From an uncultured Ignavibacteria bacterium (GTDB taxonomy: Bacteria > Bacteroidota > Ignavibacteria > Ignavibacteriales > Ignavibacteriaceae): a stretch of 64,000 nt of DNA. The notes under the pieces were generated by a model. It saw only the letters and a program-made list of their open reading frames with translations, was not told where the DNA came from and made no database searches. The translations under genes were made by a program, and so were the position numbers. Below are positions 17,731-26,219 of this stretch, piece by piece (position 1 is the stretch's first letter; every line of letters starts with the position of its first letter). The DNA lies in assembly GCA_963815785.1 (NCBI GenBank), contig CAWFHZ010000016.1:26275-90274 (forward strand), given 5' to 3'.

Positions 17731-18417
17731 ATGATAAAATATTTTTTGTTAATTCTTATGCTTGATATTTCTTTCCACAAAGTCCTATTCACAGTGGTGG
17801 ACTAGTGGTGGTAATCTTATATGGCCTTACGGCAAAGTCTCAATAACCAAATCACCATTAGAAGTAGATACAGTTGCATCAGTTAATGGTAATTTAACTT
17901 TAACAGATCAGGGAAGAAATTCAAAACTAAATCTTTCCTCATCTCATATAAGTCTTTCAGGCTGATTCAAATTTCATAGATAACGGAAGTTTATATTTAT
18001 CTCCTAATACTGATATATGGTTATCTAATCAGGCATCACATAACTTTACAATTTATCAATATGATTGGGGTCAGGTATTCCAGTACATCTATCCGGCAAA
18101 ACTGCAATTCTGGAATAGTGATATGAATGGTACTTATTGGGTTTTAGATGACAATACATCCACATCTACTTTTCATGGTACTTATGTTTTCATTAATACC
18201 AATAAGTTTAGATAATCAGCAATGAACCTGGCTGGTCTTCATTTATATTCAATGAAGGTGATTCACCTGGTGAAAGCAGTATTTATATGGATGCGGATAC
18301 TTTAACCCTGCATTCAGATAAAATTGCATTACCAACAATTCCTTCGGATAGCTCCGGCTTGCAAACAGGTATGCTGTATTTTGATTCTTCAACAGGCGCA
18401 ATAAAACGTAAATTCTG
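17731..18417 (+). pseudogene. secreted fibre-like protein broken by at least three frameshifts
   Basis: Fragments in three frames: MIKYFLLILML (signal peptide); SQWWTSGGNLIWPYGKVSIT...; ADSNFIDNGSLYLSPNTDIWLSNQ...; SNEPGWSSFIFNEGDSPGESSIYMDADTLTLHSDKIALPTIPSDSSGLQTGMLYFDSSTGAIKRKF. Confidence 0.55.
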
Positions 18418-18460
18418 ATTTTATAAGCATATTTTGAAATAATATTTCTTAACCATACAT

Positions 18461-18742
18461 TTGTATGGTATGGAAAGAAAAACCTTCAAATCACGTTTAT
18501 TCAAAAAAACTATTAAGCCCGATAATCTGGATTATTGGTTTTATCTCTATGCAGATGTCCTCTACAGGTTAAAACTAAATGAAGAACTTAATTGCACTTG
18601 TTCTCATTGCTGGGCTGAAAGGACAAAGCTTAACCATTTATTATTTCAAATCGAGGAAGAAGGACACATCCCGCCTATCCAGAGGAAAAATAAATTTTCC
18701 GGTAAGGGAGATTGCGGCAGAAGATTAGGTCCCATTGCTTAA
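18461..18742 (+). CDS. hypothetical protein
   Basis: 93-aa ORF with a CTCSHC motif. No family recognised. Confidence 0.35.
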   Translation: MYGMERKTFKSRLFKKTIKPDNLDYWFYLYADVLYRLKLNEELNCTCSHCWAERTKLNHLLFQIEEEGHIPPIQRKNKFSGKGDCGRRLGPIA

Positions 18743-19335
18743 TCATTATATAATCTTTCTTTCTACCACTTCACTCTATTTCACTCATTCCTCCATTCGT
18801 AAAACTCATTTCGTCATTCGTTCAACAAAGTTCTCATTAAACGTAACATCAACATCATTAAGAAAAGTAATTGTTCGCTTCGCTCACAAATACTTTAAGT
18901 CAGTTAATCTTTTTATGGCTCTATTGTTTCGCTTTACCAAAATCCTTTAAATATTATTAAAATGTTCTCTTTTCCTTTTCTTTCTCCTTTCTACTCTTTC
19001 TATCACTATTTAAGGTTTTAGGCTTTTGATGTCGCTTCACAACAAGCCAAAAATCGTAAATCGTTCTGTCAGTTTATTGTCTGTCAGCTACACCTAATTT
19101 TTGCCCCTGAATAGTTAATTTGCCATAAGGCGGTCTTATCAAAACATTGCAGCATAGCGTAGGTTTTCACTCTTTTCTTTAGCGTGGTAAAGGCAAAAAG
19201 GTGAACCACGTGTAACGGCACACCTTTTCACCTTTCCTTTACTCAGTAAAACTAAATCGAAAGTTATTACGGGGCAAAAATTGTTTTTTTTGCGGGGCGG
19301 TGTGCCTTGCTTGGTTTAACTAAAAGGAGATAGAT

Positions 19336-19533
19336 ATGGATGATATAAAAACACTTTTCAACCAGTGCCAGGAAAAAGACTGGATACCACAGCATAAATG
19401 CAAAATGCATTTAAAGGTTTTAGAAGAAACGCACTCAGTAAACTCATTGCATAATATTGTAACAGCTCGCAAATCTCAATGTAAAATCTGTAAGAAAATT
19501 TTTGAACAATATGATCCTAATGGTTTAAGATGA
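19336..19533 (+). CDS. small Cys-containing protein, translationally coupled to the SymE-like ORF
   Basis: 65 aa. A strong aaggaga RBS lies 6 nt upstream. It has Cys at QCQ, HKCKMH and CKIC. Its stop overlaps the next ATG (ATGA). Confidence 0.5.
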   Translation: MDDIKTLFNQCQEKDWIPQHKCKMHLKVLEETHSVNSLHNIVTARKSQCKICKKIFEQYDPNGLR

Positions 19534-19709
19534 AAGTTTATAAAAGCTATAATTCTAATAAGAGGGATTATAAAAATGTCCCTCAGATTAAAATCAAAAA
19601 TGAGCAGCTTGAAAATTCAGGATTTAAAATCGGAAGAGAGTATGCAGTAATATATCAACACGGTAAAATTACTCTGCTGTTAGTTGCTAAGAAAGAAAAT
19701 GATTTTTAA
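19530..19709 (+). CDS. SymE-family (AbrB/SpoVT-fold) toxin-like protein, 59 aa, missing from the ORF track
   Basis: My translation is MKVYKSYNSNKRDYKNVPQIKIKNEQLENSGFKIGREYAVIYQHGKITLLLVAKKENDF. By eye it aligns with the E. coli SymE core [38 protein letters not shown]. Confidence 0.6.
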   Translation: MKVYKSYNSNKRDYKNVPQIKIKNEQLENSGFKIGREYAVIYQHGKITLLLVAKKENDF

Positions 19710-19896
19710 TTTTATAAAAGTTATGCAAATCATTAATTCAAATAATTTATTAATAACAAAAAATAGTTTGGTTAAGAGAGTATCTTTCCTCAAGTCCCTA
19801 CTTTACTCCCTACTCAGTCCCTACTCTGACAGTGGGATTTCAAAATCCTTTAAAACTAAAAAAGCCCCAAAACAATCTGTTTTAAGGCTTTTCTTG

Positions 19897-19969
19897 AGCT
19901 GGCAATGGGACTCGAACCCGCAACCTGCTGATTACAAATCAGCTGCTCTACCAATTGAGCTATGCCAGC
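19897..19969 (-). tRNA. tRNA-Thr (anticodon UGU)
   Basis: The reverse complement is gctggca ta gctc aattggta gagc a gctga ttTGTaa tcagc aggtt gcggg ttcgagt cccat tgccagc t. This is a cloverleaf with 7-bp acceptor, D, anticodon and T arms. There is one C.A mismatch in the T stem, and CCA is not encoded. Confidence 0.85.
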
Positions 19970-20251
19970 GAAATAATTAACTATTAAAAAAGAACAATCC
20001 TACCTACCGGCAGGTATTACTTTTTTACTATCAAAATTTGAGCTTCAAAACTAATATTAATTCGCATTCTATGCAACAGACTAATTGTTGATTTCACGTC
20101 GTCAATCAACCTAAGAATTAAGTAATGCTAATTCATAAACTTAAATGTTTTATTTCAGTAATTCCCGGCAATTGAAAATAACGTCTCTTCTGGCTATTTT
20201 TAATAAGTGCTTGACATAAGTTTATCTTTCATTAACTGTCAGGACTGGTAT

Positions 20252-20464
20252 ATGAAAGAATTTTTTAGTGTGGAGGAAGTAGCAAAATTATTAGAGATTA
20301 CTCATTCCGGAGTTTTATATCATATTAAGAACCAAAAACTAAAGGCACACCAGGTCGGGAAAATCTACATCATTACTAAAGAGGACTTCGGAGATTTTCT
20401 TAAAAGACACAGGGAAGGAAAAAAGAAGCCCGTTAAGACTGTTCAGACAAAACTGAATTTTTAA
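20252..20464 (+). CDS. excisionase/MerR-type helix-turn-helix DNA-binding protein
   Basis: MKEFFSVEEVAKLLEITHSGVLYHIKNQKLKAHQVGKIYIITKEDFGDFL is the typical HTH_17/excisionase-family layout. I prefer the ATG at 20252 over the GTG at 20207. Confidence 0.7.
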   Translation: MKEFFSVEEVAKLLEITHSGVLYHIKNQKLKAHQVGKIYIITKEDFGDFLKRHREGKKKPVKTVQTKLNF

Positions 20465-20727
20465 TTGACTGTACTCTTAAAGAATTACTCAAATGCATTA
20501 GTTTTATCTGGATATTCTTACTGTAACATTAAGAAGCGCCGCAAAATCTTCTCCAATTTAATTTCATTTTATTACCTTTGAGTCAACTCAAAAAACAAAG
20601 TTCAAGTTTGAAACATAATTTATTCAAATGATCAATTAATTTGATAATCTTTCAGGAATCGTTTAAATCATATAAACAACTGATATATTTGATCCGGGAA
20701 TTTTTTCAAATCTTGCAAAACAGGAAA

Positions 20728-21570
20728 ATGGAAACAATAATATTAAACGTAATTAAAGAAACTCTTCAGATTACTTTACTCATAACATTAATGATGATTG
20801 CTGTTGATGCAATAAATATCTGGTCACGGGGGAAAATATCCTTATTATTGAAAGGTAAGGGAAAACTTCGTCAGTATGTTGTCTCTTCATTTATCGGGAC
20901 AATACCCGGCTGCTTTGGCGGGTTTACAAATGTAACTTTCTATATGCATGGACTTATCAGCTTCGGAGCTTTAGCGGGTTCTATGATTGCTGTATCGGGA
21001 GATGAGGCATTTGTCATGCTTGCCATGTTTCCTAAAACTGCAATTCTTCTTTTTGCTGTACTTTTTGTAATCGGGATTTTTGGAGGAAAACTGACAGATA
21101 TTATAGTAAAGAAATATAAAATAATTACCTGCAGTGACTGCCCTGAATTGGTCGTCCATAATACGGAAAGAAACTTAAGACATTTTTTAAAAGAACATGT
21201 GCTTGAACATATTATTAAAAAGCATATATGGAAAATAGCTATCTGGACATTTGGTGCATTGCTGGTTGTTGAATTCGGGTTTCAATATTTTCATCTTGAA
21301 AAAATAGCATCGGAGTATAAACTCGCTTTATTATTCCTGGGTGCTATAATCGGACTTATTCCTGAATCCGGACCACATTTAATTTTTGTATCGCTGTTTG
21401 CTAACGGGTTAATACCTTTTTCGATCCTCCTTACCAGCTCAATAGTACAGGATGGACATAGTATGCTGCCATTGCTATCGTATTCTTTAAAGGATTCAAT
21501 TAAAATTAAAGCATTTAATTTTGTTTTCGGAATATCAATCGGGTTAATTCTGTTATTACTTGGTTTCTGA
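20728..21570 (+). CDS. polytopic membrane protein, putative metal (Mn/As-type, ArsP_2-like) transporter
   Basis: About 280 aa from METIILNV, with about 8-10 TM segments. The C-terminal GLIPESGPHLIFVSLF..G.IPFSILLTSSIVQDGHSMLPLL resembles the 10-TM putative heavy-metal exporter family. Confidence 0.5.
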   Translation: METIILNVIKETLQITLLITLMMIAVDAINIWSRGKISLLLKGKGKLRQYVVSSFIGTIPGCFGGFTNVTFYMHGLISFGALAGSMIAVSGDEAFVMLAMFPKTAILLFAVLFVIGIFGGKLTDIIVKKYKIITCSDCPELVVHNTERNLRHFLKEHVLEHIIKKHIWKIAIWTFGALLVVEFGFQYFHLEKIASEYKLALLFLGAIIGLIPESGPHLIFVSLFANGLIPFSILLTSSIVQDGHSMLPLLSYSLKDSIKIKAFNFVFGISIGLILLLLGF

Positions 21571-21840
21571 TTTAATGGAATAATATTCCAGTACATCTTT
21601 AAAAACAGGAAAACTATTATAACCACAAAGGGATTACTTCTAAAATGGTTTTTCTAAAAGAATATAAAAATGAGATAATTTTAGATATCATCTACGCTTT
21701 TTAATTTCAAATCTTTATCATCTGTTTTTTGATAAATAAATTTACCCATCTGGATTTAAGATTTAGTTCTACATATCGAAAAATTATTATATCTTTTGTT
21801 TTAATTAGTAATTTGGTATTTTTCAAAAACTTGAAATCCA

Positions 21841-22407
21841 ATGCAGTATAACTCAGAAGAGCTAACACTTTTATTAAATAAGAGTCTATCGGGAGATAAA
21901 TCCTCGTTGGATAAAATTCTTCCGATTGTATACAATGAATTACGAAAGATTTCTTCCAAATATCTTCACGAAGAACACCAACCTCACACACTTCAAACCA
22001 CAGAACTTGTGCATGAAGTTTACCTGAAGCTTATTGGCAGCCAGAAGATTAATTGGGAAAGCAGAGCCCATTTTTTCGGAATAGCCGCAAAAACAATGAG
22101 AGAAATTCTTGTTGATCATGCACGAAGACGAAATTCCCAAAAGCGCGGAAACGGCATAAAATCTTTATCCCTTGATGAAGTCTTCAATGTATCGGGTGAA
22201 TTTGACGAACAGATTATAGCACTTGATGAGGCGCTTAAAAAATTTGAAATGATTGAGGAGCGTCCCGGAAAAATTGTGGAACTACGATTTTTTTCGGGGT
22301 TGTCGATTGAAGAAACTGCTGAACTTCTCAGCATTTCTCCCGCAACTGCAAAAAGAGATTGGGTTTACGCCAAAGCCTGGCTTTACAGAGAAATGCGAAC
22401 ATCCTGA
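21841..22407 (+). CDS. ECF-type RNA polymerase sigma factor (kinase-associated ECF class)
   Basis: Motifs seen: LPIVYNELRKISSKYL..E...HTLQTTELVHEVYLKL, WESRAHFFGIAAKTMREILVDHARRR, and a region 4 HTH (LSIEETAELLSISPATAKRDW). Confidence 0.85.
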   Translation: MQYNSEELTLLLNKSLSGDKSSLDKILPIVYNELRKISSKYLHEEHQPHTLQTTELVHEVYLKLIGSQKINWESRAHFFGIAAKTMREILVDHARRRNSQKRGNGIKSLSLDEVFNVSGEFDEQIIALDEALKKFEMIEERPGKIVELRFFSGLSIEETAELLSISPATAKRDWVYAKAWLYREMRTS

Positions 22408-22410
22408 AGA

Positions 22411-24984
22411 ATGCTCACCTTGGAAAACAAAAGATCTGACAAAATAAAAGATTTATTAGATGAGGCACTGGCCTTAAGTCCTTCAGAAAGAGAATCATTT
22501 TTAGATAAAAATTGTGAAGATGATCCCGTTCTGAAGAAGGAAGCAATTTCACTTTTAAAATCTTTGGAGACAACAGAGGATTTTTTAGAAAAATATCTTG
22601 ATGGTGAAAATAAAAAAGAAGATACTTTTACAGATAATCTTATTGGAAAGAATATCGGTTCTTATTTAATTGAAGGTATCGCAGGCAGAGGTGGAATGGG
22701 AGTTGTTTACAGGGGAATTAGGAATGATGATGAATTTGATCATAAAGTTGCTATAAAAATTATCGGGTATGGATTAAACTCAGAATACCTGTTAAAACGA
22801 TTCCAGATTGAACGACAAACGCTGGCGAATTTACAGCATCCTAATATTACACGTCTATTAGATGGCGGCAGAACCGCAGAAGGTTTACCGTTCCTCGTTA
22901 TGGAATACATTGAGGGGATTCCGATAACTAAATATGCTGTTCAGAATAAGTTAAATATTGAAGACAGATTGAAGATATTTCTTAAGGTTTGTGAAGCAGT
23001 TCAATACGCTCATCAGAATCTAATTATTCATCGTGATATAAAACCTGGAAACATTTTGGTTAATAATCTTGGAATTCCGAAACTTCTTGATTTTGGAATT
23101 GCGAAAATAATGGATGAAAATTTGTTGGAGGGAAATGAAGTTTTAACACGTACAAATCTTCTGAATTTTACACCAGAATTTGCAAGTCCCGAACAAATTC
23201 TTGGTGAGAAAATTACAACTTCAAGTGATATATATTCGCTTGGGGTTTTATTATATAATTTACTTACAGATTCTCTGCCATATCGTTTTAAAGGAACATC
23301 CATCACTTCACTAAGCAAAATAATTTCGGATGAAGATTATTTAAAACCAAGCGAAGCAGTTCAAAAAAAACTTAGTGAACAGCAGAATCAAATATCACAG
23401 GAATCAATTAAGCCCGAAATATTATGTAAAAAACTAAAGGGAGATCTCGATAAAATAGTTCTCAAATCAATGCATAATGAACCGGCAAGAAGATATAGAT
23501 CCGTTGAACAACTTGCCGAGGATATCAGAAGGTATCTTTCAGGATTACCGGTTCTTGCACAAGGCGATTCAAAAAGTTACATTTTTCTAAAGTTTATTCA
23601 GCGTCATAAAGCCGGGGTCTTATCAACCACTTTGTTTTTATTGCTGCTTATTACAAGTGTAATAATTATAGTATGGCAGGCTAATCTTACAAAAATTGAA
23701 ATGAACAAGGCCAAAATTGAAGCAATAAAGGCTGAAAAGGTAAGTATGTTTTTACAAAAAATGATTTCATCTGCTGATCCATATGAAGTTGGACGTGATG
23801 TTAAAGTTTACGATGTTGTTGAAAAGGCATCACACAATGTTGGGAAAGAATTTAAAGAGGAACCGAAAGTTGAAGCCGCAATTCATTCAACTCTTGGTAA
23901 TACGTTTACAAATCTTGGTGAATATAAAGAAGCGAAAGATCATCTTTTAAAAGCACTTAAATTAAATGAGGAGAACTACGGTACAAATAGTAATGAAACT
24001 GCAGGCAGTTTACATGACCTGGCTCTTTACTATCATTGGACCGGTGAATTGAGATTTGCCGATTCACTTTATAATAAAGCAGATTATATTTTCCGTAAAA
24101 CCGGTTCCAAACCGGGGTTAGGAATGGAAACTAACCTTAATGATTATGCAACACTTCAAACTGATCTTGGGAACTATGAGAAAGCAAAAAAAATGTTACT
24201 CGAAGATATGCAGATCGCAATAAACATTAAAGGCTTCAATAGTTATGAAACTGCTACTGTTATGAATAACCTTGCCATAGCTCTTGATTATTTGAAGGAT
24301 CTTAAAGGTGCAGAAGAATATTATTTGAAAGCCCAAAAAATTGACAGGAACCTGTATGGAGAGAACAGCCCGACTGTAGCTTCAACCTATAATAATCTGG
24401 CTTTTATTTATTCTGAAAGAAATGAATTACAAAAAGCTAAAGATTATTTTATGAAATCTTTTGAAATGAAAAAGGCATTACTCGGTAAAGATCATCCGGA
24501 TGTGGGACTGGCGTTAAATAACCTTGGATGTATTGAAATAAAATTAAAAAATTACAAAGCTGCTAAAGACTATCTTGAGAAATCAGTTATACAATTAAGA
24601 AAAACTTATCCTGAAGATCATTTTTGGATTGGAAGAAGTTACTACTGGTTAGGTTTGATTCATAATGAAACCGGGGACTATGGTACCGCTGAAATGTATT
24701 TAAAAAAATCACTCTCTATTAGAGAGAAAAATTATCCTAAAGGAAATTCAATTATATTCCAGACGGAAGGTGAACTTGGAATTTCTTATCTCAATCAAAA
24801 CGAATTAAAAAATGCCGAAAAATATCTTTTAGATGCTTACAACGGCTATGTTGTTGAGGATTCAAATTTAGATGACAACTCAATTAGAATTGTACAAAAT
24901 ATTATTACACTGTATAAGAAAAATTCAAATTCTGCAGAAGTTGAAAAATATTCTGAAATATTAAAGAATATCCAGCCGAAATGA
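22411..24984 (+). CDS. Ser/Thr protein kinase with a TM segment and C-terminal TPR repeats
   Basis: Hanks kinase motifs are present: GRGGMGVVY, VAIK, HRDIKPGNIL, DFGIAK, SPEQ. A TM helix follows (LSTTLFLLLLITSVIIIVW). Multiple TPR-like repeats follow that (NNLA..Y...G.Y..A...Y.KA). Confidence 0.9.
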   Translation: MLTLENKRSDKIKDLLDEALALSPSERESFLDKNCEDDPVLKKEAISLLKSLETTEDFLEKYLDGENKKEDTFTDNLIGKNIGSYLIEGIAGRGGMGVVYRGIRNDDEFDHKVAIKIIGYGLNSEYLLKRFQIERQTLANLQHPNITRLLDGGRTAEGLPFLVMEYIEGIPITKYAVQNKLNIEDRLKIFLKVCEAVQYAHQNLIIHRDIKPGNILVNNLGIPKLLDFGIAKIMDENLLEGNEVLTRTNLLNFTPEFASPEQILGEKITTSSDIYSLGVLLYNLLTDSLPYRFKGTSITSLSKIISDEDYLKPSEAVQKKLSEQQNQISQESIKPEILCKKLKGDLDKIVLKSMHNEPARRYRSVEQLAEDIRRYLSGLPVLAQGDSKSYIFLKFIQRHKAGVLSTTLFLLLLITSVIIIVWQANLTKIEMNKAKIEAIKAEKVSMFLQKMISSADPYEVGRDVKVYDVVEKASHNVGKEFKEEPKVEAAIHSTLGNTFTNLGEYKEAKDHLLKALKLNEENYGTNSNETAGSLHDLALYYHWTGELRFADSLYNKADYIFRKTGSKPGLGMETNLNDYATLQTDLGNYEKAKKMLLEDMQIAINIKGFNSYETATVMNNLAIALDYLKDLKGAEEYYLKAQKIDRNLYGENSPTVASTYNNLAFIYSERNELQKAKDYFMKSFEMKKALLGKDHPDVGLALNNLGCIEIKLKNYKAAKDYLEKSVIQLRKTYPEDHFWIGRSYYWLGLIHNETGDYGTAEMYLKKSLSIREKNYPKGNSIIFQTEGELGISYLNQNELKNAEKYLLDAYNGYVVEDSNLDDNSIRIVQNIITLYKKNSNSAEVEKYSEILKNIQPK

Positions 24985-26048
24985 AAACTTCGGACATTCC
25001 CGGAATTCGCTTAACCTCTCAACATATTTCTTCAAAAAAATATAAAACTGTAAAAGACCTCATAAATTATTTGGGTGCGATCCAGGCACAGGATTATTTA
25101 ATGTCCAGGTGGGCAATTGGGGTTAGATTAGAAAATTCTTCAGAAAAAATAATAAATGATGCAATAGACAAAGGCGAAATACTCAGGACACATTTACTGC
25201 GTCCTACGTGGCATTTCGTTTCTTCAGAAAATATATACTGGATGCTTGAACTTACAGCATCAAGAATTAAGAATTCTATGAGTTCAAGAAATAGGGAGTT
25301 AGATCTTACCAGGGAAGTGTTTAGGAAAAGTAATAGAATTATATATAATGTTTTAAAAGGAAATAATTATTTAACCAGAGAAGAACTTATTTTAATCTTA
25401 AATAAAGCAAAAATTAAGACCGATAAAAACAGGGCTTCACATCTTTTGGCTGAAGCAGAACTTTGCGGAATAATATGCAGCGGAAAAACCAAAGGGAACA
25501 AGCATACTTATGCATTGCTTGAAGAGAGAGTTTCGACGTCAGAAGTATATGAGAGAGAAAAATCACTTTCAAAACTAGCACTTATTTATTTCCAAAGTCG
25601 TGGACCTGCGACACTAAAAGACTTTTCGTGGTGGTCGGGATTAAATCTTACTGAATCGGGATTAGCACTTGAATTGATTAAATCAGAATTAATTTCTTTT
25701 AAGAATGATTCACAAACGTACTGGTTTTCAGATCGTGCAAAAGAAAATACAAATCAAAAAAATAAAATTTATCTGCTGCCTGCTTTCGATGAATACTTAA
25801 TCAGTTATACCAATAGATCAGCGGTTTTGATTTCTGAAGAACATAAATCCATGGTATCTACGAATGGGTTGTTTCGTCCCATAATAGTTTTTGATGGAAA
25901 AATAATCGGAACATGGAAACGAACTTTAAAAAGAGATAAAGTATCTGTCCAGTTTGAATATTTTAAGAACCCAAGTAAGAAAGTGGATCAATTAGTTAAA
26001 AAAGAAACCGAAAATTTAGGCAGATTTTTAGGAAAGAAACTCTCTTAA
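24981..26048 (+). CDS. winged-helix AlkZ/YcaQ-like protein (DNA crosslink-repair glycosylase family)
   Basis: Motifs seen: LGAIQAQDYLMSRWAIGVRL, LLRPTWHFV, LLPAFDEYLISY and FDGKIIGTWKR. These are typical of the YcaQ/AlkZ family. Its ATGA overlaps the kinase stop. Confidence 0.7.
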   Translation: MKTSDIPGIRLTSQHISSKKYKTVKDLINYLGAIQAQDYLMSRWAIGVRLENSSEKIINDAIDKGEILRTHLLRPTWHFVSSENIYWMLELTASRIKNSMSSRNRELDLTREVFRKSNRIIYNVLKGNNYLTREELILILNKAKIKTDKNRASHLLAEAELCGIICSGKTKGNKHTYALLEERVSTSEVYEREKSLSKLALIYFQSRGPATLKDFSWWSGLNLTESGLALELIKSELISFKNDSQTYWFSDRAKENTNQKNKIYLLPAFDEYLISYTNRSAVLISEEHKSMVSTNGLFRPIIVFDGKIIGTWKRTLKRDKVSVQFEYFKNPSKKVDQLVKKETENLGRFLGKKLS

Positions 26049-26219
26049 AGTTGTAAATATAGTGCAGGCGATCTTGTATCCCACCCAATAATCCAATAAA
26101 TTTAGTTCAACCTCTCCCACTTGTGTCACGATTTCGAGAAGTCTAGCGAAAATATCATAATTTCCAGGTAGTGCCCTCAAACTGGTTATCTTTATTTTTC
26201 TATTTTAAGTTGTTAAATA

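Larger units (their letters stand above)
11446..18417. mobile_element. decayed phage head-morphogenesis module (prophage remnant or capsid-only satellite-like element)
   Basis: Divergent arms. The minus arm carries portal, large terminase and small terminase. The plus arm carries scaffold/protease, major capsid, decoration protein and small head proteins. No tail, lysis, replication or integrase genes are present. Several genes are broken. Confidence 0.7.

Noticed and set aside
19684-19980. Track ORF of 98 aa on the plus strand
   Set aside because: Its C-terminal half is the antisense translation of tRNA-Thr (19897-19969). The rest is intergenic sequence.
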